From NCBI GenBank assembly GCA_036525535.1, contig DATDAH010000199.1, positions 582-64,581 on the forward strand: a stretch of DNA of 64,000 nt, written 5' to 3'. This document shows, one piece after another, positions 9,171 through 17,730 of the stretch. The position numbers and the translations under genes were made by a program. The notes beneath the pieces were generated by a model. The model had not been told where the DNA came from and searched no databases. It was given only the letters and a program-made list of their open reading frames with translations. Position 1 is the stretch's first letter. The number at the start of each line of letters is the position of its first letter. The DNA comes from Acidimicrobiales bacterium. GTDB lineage: Bacteria; Actinomycetota; Acidimicrobiia; Acidimicrobiales; DATDAH01.

Positions 9171-9814
9171 GGCGCCTCCTGGTCACAGTCGGCGTGCTCG
9201 TGGCCTTCCTGCTGCTCTATCTCGTTCTCGACGTGGTGGCCAAGGGCTTCGTCGAGGGTCGGGTGGAGGACGAGTTCGTGAACGGCGACCGCGTCGACGT
9301 GGAGGACGCCACGTTCGTCATCGATTCCTTCCCCTTCCTCGGCCGTCTCGGTGCCTACGGCGAGGTCAGCGCCACCCTCGAGCTGCAAGGGGTGCGCGAG
9401 CGGGGCGTGACCGTCGACCAGTTCCGGCTCGAGGTGGACGGTCTGGTCTTCGACCGGGTGTCGGCCTTCAACGGCCAGGTCGAGGTGACCGACATCGACG
9501 AGGCGACCACCTCCATCTCCCTCAGCGAGAGCACCATCGCCGCGCTCGTGGGCGTGTCGGTGGACATCGCCGCCGACGGCACGGTCACGGCGGGTGGCGT
9601 CACGGTGCAGGCCACCATGACCGGCGACGACCTCGTGCTCGAGGGCGGCGGCAGCGGACCGGTGGTCGTTCCGCTGCGCCTCGGACGCTTCGTGCCCTGC
9701 GCCCCGACCGTCGAGGTCGCCGACCAGCTCGTCACCCTGACCTGTGTCACCGACACCCTGCCGCCGATCGTCAACCGTGTCATCGGCGACGCCTCGGCCC
9801 GGGCGCGGGGCTGA
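9167..9814 (+). CDS. DUF2993 (LmeA-like) membrane-anchored protein
   Basis: N-terminal TM 'LLVTVGVLVAFLLLYLVL', then a repeat-like beta-rich domain typical of DUF2993. GTGA overlap with the upstream stop. Confidence 0.55.
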   Translation: MRRLLVTVGVLVAFLLLYLVLDVVAKGFVEGRVEDEFVNGDRVDVEDATFVIDSFPFLGRLGAYGEVSATLELQGVRERGVTVDQFRLEVDGLVFDRVSAFNGQVEVTDIDEATTSISLSESTIAALVGVSVDIAADGTVTAGGVTVQATMTGDDLVLEGGGSGPVVVPLRLGRFVPCAPTVEVADQLVTLTCVTDTLPPIVNRVIGDASARARG

Positions 9815-9815
9815 A

Positions 9816-10316
9816 CTACCAGTGACCCGTGCCGGGGGCGCCCTTGAAGGGGCCGACCACCGCGGAGGTGATCCAGCCACCGTAGAAGTCGCCGTCGTTG
9901 CTCTCGACCCGCTCGTCGTCGACGAAGCAGCCGTCCATGGCTCGCGGGTAGAAGGCCAGGTGGTCGGCGATGGCGGCGAAGGCCGGGTTCGGGGCCGGGT
10001 AGGACCAGGCCGCGTCGCGGGCGACCCGGTCGCCCACGGTCACCGTCCAGTAGTCGGCGTGGCCCTTCCACTCACAGAAGCTGTGCTTGTCCGTGCGCTC
10101 GAGGTGCTCCCGAGCCACGTCCTCGGGCGGGAGGTAGAAGGCAGGCGGCTGGCTCGTCTCGAGGACCCGGAGCGCCCGGGTGGTGTCGGCGATCACCACC
10201 CCGCCGAGCTCGACTCGGACGCGGCGGTCGGTGGGCTCGACCCGAGGGGGTCGGGGGTAGTCCCAGACCGACTCCTGGCCGGGGCCGGGCGGGATGCGGG
10301 TGGGGCGGAGGGCCAT
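9816..10316 (-). CDS. DUF427 domain-containing protein
   Basis: 'SVWDYPRPPRVEP', 'SFCEWKGHADYW' and 'AFYP' motifs typical of DUF427. Start ATG 10316; the upstream part of the 320-aa track ORF is rejected. Confidence 0.7.
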   Translation of the reverse strand: MALRPTRIPPGPGQESVWDYPRPPRVEPTDRRVRVELGGVVIADTTRALRVLETSQPPAFYLPPEDVAREHLERTDKHSFCEWKGHADYWTVTVGDRVARDAAWSYPAPNPAFAAIADHLAFYPRAMDGCFVDDERVESNDGDFYGGWITSAVVGPFKGAPGTGHW

Positions 10317-10346
10317 GCCCGACAGGATGGCGCCGTGGAGGAGGAC

Positions 10347-10811
10347 ATGGACCGCGCCCTGGCCGAGAAGGCGGCCGCGCTCGCCGACGCCATCGACGCC
10401 GCGGTGACCCCGTGGCTGATCGGCGCCGTCCGGCGGGTCGCCGCTTCCCAACGCCTGCCCGGTGGGGACCGTTTCGTCCTGGCCGCCGAGACGGCGGCCA
10501 GGCAGGCCAAGGCCGAGGTCATGCCCCGGATCCGGGACCTGCTGACCACCGACATCGACGCGCAGACGACCACTCCGCTGGCCGTCCTCCGGGAGGGGAC
10601 GGGGCCGGCGACAGCCGTCCTGGCGGCGTTCGGCGCCCGACCGGTCGAGCGAGACGAGTTCGCGGTACGAGCCTTCCCGGATGACGTCTACGCCTTGGCT
10701 CCGGCCGCCTTCGAGGACGTCGCGCCGGAGCTGCGGGACCCGGGGATCGAGTGGGGGGCGGCCAAGGCCTTCGTCCATCTCCGCCGCCGCCGAGCCGAAG
10801 GCGTCGTCTAG
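10347..10811 (+). CDS. Hypothetical protein
   Basis: GC3-biased ORF starting at ATG 10347, divergent from the DUF427 gene. No recognisable domain. Confidence 0.45.
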   Translation: MDRALAEKAAALADAIDAAVTPWLIGAVRRVAASQRLPGGDRFVLAAETAARQAKAEVMPRIRDLLTTDIDAQTTTPLAVLREGTGPATAVLAAFGARPVERDEFAVRAFPDDVYALAPAAFEDVAPELRDPGIEWGAAKAFVHLRRRRAEGVV

Positions 10812-11323
10812 TCGGCCTCGGGGTCGGGCAGGGAGCCGGTGAGGGCGCCGACGGTGGCTTCGAGGAGCCAGCCGAGGTACTCGTAGGCGGCCTGGGCCGG
10901 CGCCTCGGGATCGTCGGGGTCGATGGGGCCGAGGTCGTCTTCGGAGACGTCGAGGCGGGTGCCCAGGACCAGGCGAAGGTCGTTGAAGGTCCGCAGCCAG
11001 GTACCGAGCTGCTCCTCGTCGAGCGACGGGAGCACGATCGTGGACTCGATCTCGTCGATGTTGGCCAACCGCCGGGCCAGGAGGTCGTCGTGGACCATGG
11101 CCTGGTACTCGGCCTCGAGGTCGTCGCGGCCGGCGTAGGCGGTGGGGAAGAGGCGGCGGACCCCGGACTCGTCGGTGATCTCGCTCCCGCCCTCCAGCTT
11201 CAGCAGCGTCCGGAGCTGGGCCAGCAGGGACTTCAGCAGGATCTGCTCGGGCTCGCTCAGGCGGATGGTGAAGGTCCCGTCCCGTTCCCGCCGGATCGGC
11301 CCGCCTCCGAAGCCGAACACCAT
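10808..11323 (-). CDS. DUF2017 domain-containing protein (ClpS-associated)
   Basis: An acidic 171-aa protein directly downstream of clpS with an ATGA overlap, which is the conserved actinobacterial clpS-DUF2017 arrangement. Confidence 0.65.
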   Translation of the reverse strand: MVFGFGGGPIRRERDGTFTIRLSEPEQILLKSLLAQLRTLLKLEGGSEITDESGVRRLFPTAYAGRDDLEAEYQAMVHDDLLARRLANIDEIESTIVLPSLDEEQLGTWLRTFNDLRLVLGTRLDVSEDDLGPIDPDDPEAPAQAAYEYLGWLLEATVGALTGSLPDPEAD

Positions 11324-11619
11324 CAGGTTGCGTCCTCCTGCTGCATCGTGGCCCAGAGGCCGTGCTCGTGGAGGCGGAACACGTCCAGCTCGGCCTTCTC
11401 CCGGGTCCCGTTCGAGACCACGGCCCGCCCCTTCTCGTGCACGTCCAGCATCAGGCTGGTGGCCTTCTCCAGCGAGTAGCCGAACAGCTTCTGGAACACG
11501 TAGGTCACATACGACATCAGGTTGATGGGGTCGTTCCACACGAGGACGATCCAGGGGCGGTCGGGGTCGACGACGTCGTCGACGTCGGGGACGTCGACCT
11601 CGGCCGGGGTGGTGCTCAC
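11323..11619 (-). CDS. clpS: ATP-dependent Clp protease adaptor ClpS
   Basis: '[44 protein letters not shown]'. GTG 11619 forms a GTGA overlap with the ctaA stop. Confidence 0.88.
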   Translation of the reverse strand: MSTTPAEVDVPDVDDVVDPDRPWIVLVWNDPINLMSYVTYVFQKLFGYSLEKATSLMLDVHEKGRAVVSNGTREKAELDVFRLHEHGLWATMQQEDAT

Positions 11620-12551
11620 GCCGGCACCGGTTCGGCCGTCGAGGCGGGGGCGACCGGTGCGGGGTCGACCGTCCAGAGAGAGAGGTGGAGCTGGAGCACG
11701 GTGATCCACACCAGGGTGGCGCCGAGGACGTGGAGGGCGACCAGCCCCTCGGGCACACCGTTGAAGTACTGGAGGTAGCCGATGGTGATCTGGGCGGCGA
11801 CGGCGGCGAGCACGGGCCAGCCCCGACGGGTTCGGAGCATGAGGCCGAGAAGCAGGGCGGTGAGCAGCCAGGCGAAGGCGCCGTGCACGCGGGCCACCTC
11901 ACGGATGGCGAAGGGGAGGCGTTCGACATCGGGGTCGCCGCCGTGCGGCCCTGTCCCGGTGACCATCGTCCCGACGAAGATGACGATGGCGGTCACGGTC
12001 ACGGTGGCCCAGCCCAACCAGAGCGTCGTCGGCGTCACGTCCGGTCGCCGGACGCCGACGTCGGGCTCGCCGGCGCGGTGGTGCAGGATCACGGCGTCGG
12101 CCACCAGGGCCATCGAGAGCAGGAAGTGGGCCATCACCGCAGGCGGCGTCAGCTCCAGCAGGACGGTGACCCCGCCCAGCACGATCTGGGCCACGACGCC
12201 GGCCACCAGGCCCCAGGAAAGCAACGTGAGGTCCCGCCGGCGGGGCGTCCGCCGCAACGAGCCGAGCACGGCGGCGGCCACCGCGACCGACACCAGGCCG
12301 GTGATCATGCGGTTGACGAACTCGATGATCTCCGGTGTCTCCCGGAACTCCGAGACGATCTGGGCGCCGTCGCAGGTGGGCCAGTCCGGACAACCCAGCC
12401 CCGATCCGGTGAGGCGGACCGCGGCGCCGGTGACCACGATGAACACCAGGGCCACGAGGGCCAGGGCCGTCACCCGGCGGTACGCCGCAGGGGTCAGTTC
12501 GAGCCGCGTCACCCGCCAAAGGCTAGGGACGCGTCGCAGCGTCCTCCGCAT
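11616..12551 (-). CDS. ctaA: Heme A synthase (COX15/CtaA)
   Basis: '[15 protein letters not shown]' and multiple TM helices containing His ('MAHFLLS', '[10 protein letters not shown]', 'LVALHVLGA'). Start ATG 12551; the track ORF extends spuriously to 13595. Confidence 0.85.
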   Translation of the reverse strand: MRRTLRRVPSLWRVTRLELTPAAYRRVTALALVALVFIVVTGAAVRLTGSGLGCPDWPTCDGAQIVSEFRETPEIIEFVNRMITGLVSVAVAAAVLGSLRRTPRRRDLTLLSWGLVAGVVAQIVLGGVTVLLELTPPAVMAHFLLSMALVADAVILHHRAGEPDVGVRRPDVTPTTLWLGWATVTVTAIVIFVGTMVTGTGPHGGDPDVERLPFAIREVARVHGAFAWLLTALLLGLMLRTRRGWPVLAAVAAQITIGYLQYFNGVPEGLVALHVLGATLVWITVLQLHLSLWTVDPAPVAPASTAEPVPA

Positions 12552-12590
12552 TGGGGACCGGGGGAAGTTGCCCCGTAGAGTCGGGCTCGC

Positions 12591-13478
12591 ATGGCGGTCA
12601 CGACCCTCACGTCGACGCGGTCCCGGCTCGGGGCCTATGTCGCCCTCACCAAGCCGAGGATCATCGAGCTCCTGCTCGTGACGACGGTGCCGGTCATGTT
12701 CGTGGCCGAGCAGGGCGTTCCTCCCCTGGGCCTGGTCCTGGTCACCGTCCTGGGCGGCTCCCTGGCCGCCGGCGGGGCCAACGCCATCAACATGGTCGTC
12801 GATCGCGACATCGACGCGCTCATGGAGCGGACCCGCAACCGCCCGCTGGTCACCGGTGAGCTGACACCGCGGGCGGCCCTCACCTTCGCCCTGGGCCTCG
12901 AGGTCGCCGCCTTCGCCCTGCTGTGGTGGCAGGTCAACCTGCTGAGCGCGGTGCTCGCCGTCTCGGCCTGCCTGTTCTACGTGTTCGTGTACACGCTCTG
13001 GCTGAAGCGGACCTCCCGCCAGAACATCGTCATCGGGGGCGCCGCTGGGGCCGTGCCCACCCTGATCGGCTGGACCGCGGTGACCGGCCAGCTGGCCTGG
13101 GCCCCCGTGGTGCTCTTCGCGGTCATCTTCTTCTGGACCCCACCCCACTTCTGGGCGCTGGCCATCCGCTACCGCGAGGACTACTCGGCGGCCTCGGTCC
13201 CCATGCTGCCCTCGGTCGCCGACGACGCCACCGTGGGCCGCCAGATCGTGGCCTACACGGTGATCGTCTGGGCCCTCACCCTGCTGTTCATCCCGGTCGC
13301 CGACATGGGCCTGCTCTACTCGGCCGCCGCCGTCGTGCTGGGGGCCGTGTTCACGGTCCAGAGCGTCCGCCTGCGGGACGATCCCACGCCGGAGCGGGCC
13401 ATGGCCCTGTTCCACTGGTCCATCACCTATGTGAGCGTCCTCTTCGGGGTGATGGCGGTGGATGCGTTGCTGTCGTGA
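12591..13478 (+). CDS. ctaB: Protoheme IX farnesyltransferase (heme O synthase)
   Basis: UbiA-family motifs 'NMVVDRDIDALMERTRNRPL' and 'FFWTPPHFWALA'. Divergent from ctaA. Confidence 0.92.
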   Translation: MAVTTLTSTRSRLGAYVALTKPRIIELLLVTTVPVMFVAEQGVPPLGLVLVTVLGGSLAAGGANAINMVVDRDIDALMERTRNRPLVTGELTPRAALTFALGLEVAAFALLWWQVNLLSAVLAVSACLFYVFVYTLWLKRTSRQNIVIGGAAGAVPTLIGWTAVTGQLAWAPVVLFAVIFFWTPPHFWALAIRYREDYSAASVPMLPSVADDATVGRQIVAYTVIVWALTLLFIPVADMGLLYSAAAVVLGAVFTVQSVRLRDDPTPERAMALFHWSITYVSVLFGVMAVDALLS

Positions 13479-13521
13479 TTCCCTCCGCTCCGGACCCCCT
13501 GTGTAAAGTCCCGAACCGGCC

Positions 13522-15141
13522 ATGACCGTGACCGAGACCCCATCGTCCGCGCCCCCCGAGACGACCTCCGACCGCGATCCGGCCGACGACGGCACTCACC
13601 GCGAGCTGCGGGGGCTGCCTGCGGTCCTCGGCACAGGCGACCACAAGACCGTCGGCCGCGTGTGGATCGGCGCGTCGGGACTCTTCCTGCTGCTCATCGC
13701 CGTGGCCGGGGTCCTGCTGAGCGTCGAGCGGATCACGGTCGACGAGCTCGAGGTCCTCGGCAACGACCACGTCCTGCAGTTCTTCTCGCTCTACCGCGTC
13801 GGCATCACGTTCCTGGTCGTCCTGCCCCTCTTCATCGGCTTGGCCACTGCGATCGTGCCCCTGCAGGTCGGCGCGTCGACCATCGCCTTCCCCCGGGCCG
13901 CGGCCGCCGCGCTCTGGACGTGGGGCGGCGGCGCCGTCCTCCTACTGCTCAGCTACGCCATCGACGGCGGGGTCGCCGCCACGGAGAGCCTCGAGCCCGA
14001 CGCCATCGCCCTCGGCCTGTTGGGCCTCGGCCTGGTCATTGCCGGCCTGCTCCTGGCCTCGGTCTGCGTGGTCACCACCGTCATCGCCCTACGCCCGCGA
14101 CACATGTCACTGCTGCAGGTGCCGCCCTTCGCCTGGTCGATGCTGGTGGCGGGGGTGGTGTGGCTGCTCTCCCTGCCGGTCCTGATGGGCGGGCTCCTCC
14201 TGGCCTACCTGGACCTGCGCTACGGCCAGGTCCTCTTCGGCCAGCCCGCGGAGCTCTTCTCCCGCCTCGAGTGGGCTTTCGCCCAGCCGCAGGTCTACGC
14301 CATGGCCATCCCCGTCCTCGGCGTGGTGGCCGAGATCGTGCCCGTCTCCGCCGCCGCGGTCCAGCGTCACCGCGGGACCGTCTGGGCCGGCATCGGCGGC
14401 TTCGGCATCCTGGCCTTCGGGGCGTGGGCCCAGCCCCGCTACTACCCGGATCTGCTCACCGAGGCGCTCTACATAGGCATGGCCTTCGCCATCGGCCTGC
14501 CCGTCCTGCTCGTGTTCGGCGGCATGGCCGACAGCGCCCGTCACAACCGGCCCAAGCTGCATCCCGCGTTCCTCCTGTCGATGCTCGGCCTGTTGCTGCT
14601 GCTGGTTGCGGTCGGGGCCGGGGCCGCCGCCGTCGTCGAGCCCTTCCACCTCCTGGGCACCACCTGGGTGGTCGGGCAGATGAACTTCGTCTTCACCGCC
14701 TCGCTCGTGGCCGCCGTCGCCGCCATCTGCTGGTGGGCCCCCAAGATCTGGGGCCGGCACGTCCCCTCCGTCCTGGCCATCGCCGCCGGGCTCCTGGTCG
14801 CCGGTGGTGGGGTCGTGCTCGCCGCCGCCGAATGCGTCGCCGGCATGCTCGACGAGCCGGCCAACTCCTTCGAGGGCTTCGACCCTCGCGACGGCGTCGA
14901 CACCTTCAACCTGATCGCCGCCATCGGTTCGATCGTGCTCGCGGTGGGTGCGCTCGTCGCCGTCCTCGCCCTGCTGCGGGTGATCGCCGGTCGCCGCCCC
15001 GCCGCCGACGCCGCCGATCCCTGGGGCGGCCAGACCCTCGAGTGGTCGGCTCCTTCCCCCCCGCCGACGGGCAACTTCCCCGAGCCCGTGCCCGAGGTGA
15101 CGTCGGCCACGCCGCTGGTCGCCGCCGAGGACGAGGCGTAG
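13522..15141 (+). CDS. Cytochrome c oxidase subunit I-like membrane protein lacking all canonical heme/CuB histidine ligands
   Basis: It aligns by eye along its whole length to the true CtaD at 17731-19746 ('GDHKTVG', 'PLQVGASTIAFPR', 'QPQVYAMAIPVLGVVAEIVPV', 'DPWGGQTLEWSAPSPPPTGNF'). However 'MHG' becomes 'LYR', 'GHPEVY' becomes 'AQPQVY', 'AHHMF' becomes 'AQPRY' and 'HFHYV' becomes 'QMNFV'. Confidence 0.8.
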   Translation: MTVTETPSSAPPETTSDRDPADDGTHRELRGLPAVLGTGDHKTVGRVWIGASGLFLLLIAVAGVLLSVERITVDELEVLGNDHVLQFFSLYRVGITFLVVLPLFIGLATAIVPLQVGASTIAFPRAAAAALWTWGGGAVLLLLSYAIDGGVAATESLEPDAIALGLLGLGLVIAGLLLASVCVVTTVIALRPRHMSLLQVPPFAWSMLVAGVVWLLSLPVLMGGLLLAYLDLRYGQVLFGQPAELFSRLEWAFAQPQVYAMAIPVLGVVAEIVPVSAAAVQRHRGTVWAGIGGFGILAFGAWAQPRYYPDLLTEALYIGMAFAIGLPVLLVFGGMADSARHNRPKLHPAFLLSMLGLLLLLVAVGAGAAAVVEPFHLLGTTWVVGQMNFVFTASLVAAVAAICWWAPKIWGRHVPSVLAIAAGLLVAGGGVVLAAAECVAGMLDEPANSFEGFDPRDGVDTFNLIAAIGSIVLAVGALVAVLALLRVIAGRRPAADAADPWGGQTLEWSAPSPPPTGNFPEPVPEVTSATPLVAAEDEA

Positions 15142-15756
15142 ATGGCCACCACTGCTGAGCCCGCCGGGCCCGAGCCGATGTACCCCGCGCTCGCCTCCCC
15201 GCCCGCCCCCGCCCGCCCCCGCGTGCTGCTGGTGGCCACGGTGCTGGGGTCCTCAGCCGTGGTCATGGCCTTCGCTGCCCTCATCGGGGCCTATGTCGCC
15301 CTCCGGGCCGGCACCGACGGGGCCTGGCTGCCGGAGGGCGTGGTCATCCCGCTCTCGCCGCCCAACATGGGTGCGGTCACCCTCCTGATGTCGGCGATCG
15401 CCCTGCAGTGGGCCCGCTACTCGATCGCCAACGACGACCGGCCCAACGCCTACGTGGCCCTCGGCCTGACCCTGGTCCTCGGCCTGGCCTACGTCAACTC
15501 GGCGGTCTACCTGTTCACCCAGATGGGGGCGGCGATCGGCCGCAGCATCCCCGAGCTGATGCTCTACGTCATCGGCGGCTTCCACATCGCCACCATCATC
15601 GCCGCGATGGTGTTCGTGGCCCTGATGGCGTTCCGCACCCTCGGGGGCCAGTACTCCGGGCGGGACAGCGAAGGCATCGCCGCCGCCGCCATCTTCTGGA
15701 ACGCCTCGGTCGCGATCTACATCGTGATCTGGTACGCCGTCTACGTGACCAAGTAG
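15142..15756 (+). CDS. Cytochrome c oxidase subunit III-like membrane protein (divergent paralog)
   Basis: 5-TM protein aligning to CtaE ('GGFHIATIIAAMV' against 'TGFHGVHVTVGIL'; 'IFWNASVAIYIVIWYAVYV' against 'LYWHFVDIIWIVIFTVVYL'). It starts 1 nt after the upstream stop. Confidence 0.7.
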   Translation: MATTAEPAGPEPMYPALASPPAPARPRVLLVATVLGSSAVVMAFAALIGAYVALRAGTDGAWLPEGVVIPLSPPNMGAVTLLMSAIALQWARYSIANDDRPNAYVALGLTLVLGLAYVNSAVYLFTQMGAAIGRSIPELMLYVIGGFHIATIIAAMVFVALMAFRTLGGQYSGRDSEGIAAAAIFWNASVAIYIVIWYAVYVTK

Positions 15757-15762
15757 GAGCTC

Positions 15763-16530
15763 ATGGTTGGTACCGGCTCTCGCCTGTTCTTCGCCTACAC
15801 CGTCCTCGCCCTTCTCGGGGCGGCGGTGTACGGCCTCGCCAGCGGTGGCGATGTCGTGGGCGTCCTCACCCTCGGCTACAAGGGCGGGGTCGGTGAGCAC
15901 TTCGGGTACGCCGTGCTCGTCCTCCTCGGGGCCTCGACCCTGGTCCTCGGCCTGTTCAGCGTCGCCCTGCGAGACGCCGATCCGGACGCCACCGCGGCCC
16001 TCCAGTCCAGCGACGTCCTGCCCGAGGTGGCGCCGCCCGCCTCGGCCAGCCCCTGGCCGTTGGTCGGGGCCTTCGGCCTCGTGGTCGCCGCCCTCGGCCT
16101 GGTCGTCGGGCCCGGCCTCTTCGTCCTCGGTCTGGTCCTGCTCGCCGTCACCGCCGTCGAGTGGGCCGTTCAGGTGTGGGCCGATCGGGCCACGGGTGAC
16201 CCCGAGGTGAACCGGGCGATCCGCAACCGGCTGATGGCGCCGATCGAGATCCCCGTGGGCGCGGTCCTGGTCATCCTCTTCGTCGTCCTCGGCATCTCCC
16301 GGGTGCTGCTCGCCGTCTCGCCCCTGACCGCGGTGGTCGTCGCTTCGGCCGCCGCCAGCCTGATCATGGTCGGGGCGATCATCGTGTTCATCCGCCCCCG
16401 GCACAGCGGAACGCTGGCCACCGCGTTCCTCCTCCTGGGCGCACTGGCCATCATCGGCGGCGGCATCGCCGGCGTGGCCGCGGGCGAGCGCGACTTCCAC
16501 GAAGAGCCGGCGCACGAGGCCGGTGAGTAG
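15763..16530 (+). CDS. Hypothetical polytopic membrane protein (about 6 TM)
   Basis: Hydrophobic GC3-biased ORF lying 6 nt after the CoxIII-like gene and 5 nt before ctaC. No recognisable family. Confidence 0.6.
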   Translation: MVGTGSRLFFAYTVLALLGAAVYGLASGGDVVGVLTLGYKGGVGEHFGYAVLVLLGASTLVLGLFSVALRDADPDATAALQSSDVLPEVAPPASASPWPLVGAFGLVVAALGLVVGPGLFVLGLVLLAVTAVEWAVQVWADRATGDPEVNRAIRNRLMAPIEIPVGAVLVILFVVLGISRVLLAVSPLTAVVVASAAASLIMVGAIIVFIRPRHSGTLATAFLLLGALAIIGGGIAGVAAGERDFHEEPAHEAGE

Positions 16531-16535
16531 GGGCG

Positions 16536-17723
16536 ATGACCGACTTGGAGGCCCCCGATCCGGTGGGTCACACTCGGCCGGTGAGGTCCTCCCGCCTGCG
16601 CACCCTGGCCCTCGGCCTCCTCCTGGTGGTGGTCGCCGCCGGCTGCGCCAGCGACGCGCCCCTGGACACGCTGGACCCGAAGGGCCCCGAGGCCCAGTCG
16701 ATCGACAACCTGCTCCTGCCGGTCATGCTCATCGCCGGGGTCGTGTTCCTGTTCGTCGAGCTGGGCATCGTCTACCTCGTCGTCCGCTTCCGGAGGCGCA
16801 AGCGCGACGACGACTCGGAGCTGCCCAGCCAGACCCACGGCAACCTCGTGCTCGAGCTGGGCTGGACGATCCTGCCCGCGGTCATCCTGGCCTTCGTGGC
16901 CGTGGGCACCCTGACCACCCTGTTCGACATCGACGATGAGCCCGAGGACGCCCTGGAGATCGACGTCGTGGGCCAACAATGGTGGTGGGACTTCCAGTAC
17001 GACGTCGACGGTGACGGGACCTACGACTTCCGCACTGCGAACGAGATGATCATCCCCGCCGGGGAACCGGTCAACCTCGACATCACCTCGATGGACGTGA
17101 TCCACAGCTTCTGGATCCCCGCCCTGAACGGCAAGAAGGACGCCGTGCCCGGCCGGCACCACCCGCTGACGTTGGAGGCCGACGAGCCCGGGACCTACTG
17201 GGGCCAGTGCACCGAGTTCTGCGGGTTGTCTCACGCCAACATGCGCATCCGGGTCATCGCCCTGCCCCAGGACGAGTACGACGCGTGGCTGGAGAACCAG
17301 GTGCGGCCGGCCGAGGCCGCCACCGGTGACGCGGTGGACGGCGAAGCGCTGTTCTCGTCGACCTGCACCTCCTGCCACCAGATCCGCGGCCTCAACGACG
17401 ACTACACCGGGGCAGCGACCGTCTCGGGCACCGCGCCGGAGCTGACCCACCTCATGACGCGGTCGACCTTCGCCGGCTCCATCTTCCGCCTCTACGCGCA
17501 GGCCGATGACGCGGACCTGCACGACTTCTACACCCACCTGGCCGAGGAGGGCACGTTCAACCGGGTGCAGCTCGAGGCCTGGTTGCGCGATCCGCCCGCC
17601 GAGAAACCCATGTACGCCGACACCGCCACCCTGAACGGCGCGCTGCCCCGTGGCATGCCCGACCTCGAGCTCGGCGAGGAGCAGATCGATCAGCTCGTGG
17701 CCTACCTACAGACCCTGGACTGA
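16536..17723 (+). CDS. ctaC: Cytochrome c oxidase subunit II with fused C-terminal cytochrome c domain (caa3-type)
   Basis: Lipobox 'VVVAAGCAS'. CuA motif 'HSFWIPALNGKKD...GQCTEFCGLSHANM'. Heme c motif 'CTSCHQIRG'. Confidence 0.92.
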   Translation: MTDLEAPDPVGHTRPVRSSRLRTLALGLLLVVVAAGCASDAPLDTLDPKGPEAQSIDNLLLPVMLIAGVVFLFVELGIVYLVVRFRRRKRDDDSELPSQTHGNLVLELGWTILPAVILAFVAVGTLTTLFDIDDEPEDALEIDVVGQQWWWDFQYDVDGDGTYDFRTANEMIIPAGEPVNLDITSMDVIHSFWIPALNGKKDAVPGRHHPLTLEADEPGTYWGQCTEFCGLSHANMRIRVIALPQDEYDAWLENQVRPAEAATGDAVDGEALFSSTCTSCHQIRGLNDDYTGAATVSGTAPELTHLMTRSTFAGSIFRLYAQADDADLHDFYTHLAEEGTFNRVQLEAWLRDPPAEKPMYADTATLNGALPRGMPDLELGEEQIDQLVAYLQTLD

Positions 17724-17730
17724 GGCACCC

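Noticed and set aside
12552-13595. N-terminal 348 aa of the 659-aa ctaA track ORF
   Set aside because: This part is antisense to ctaB and low-complexity. CtaA-like sequence and TM helices begin only at ATG 12551.
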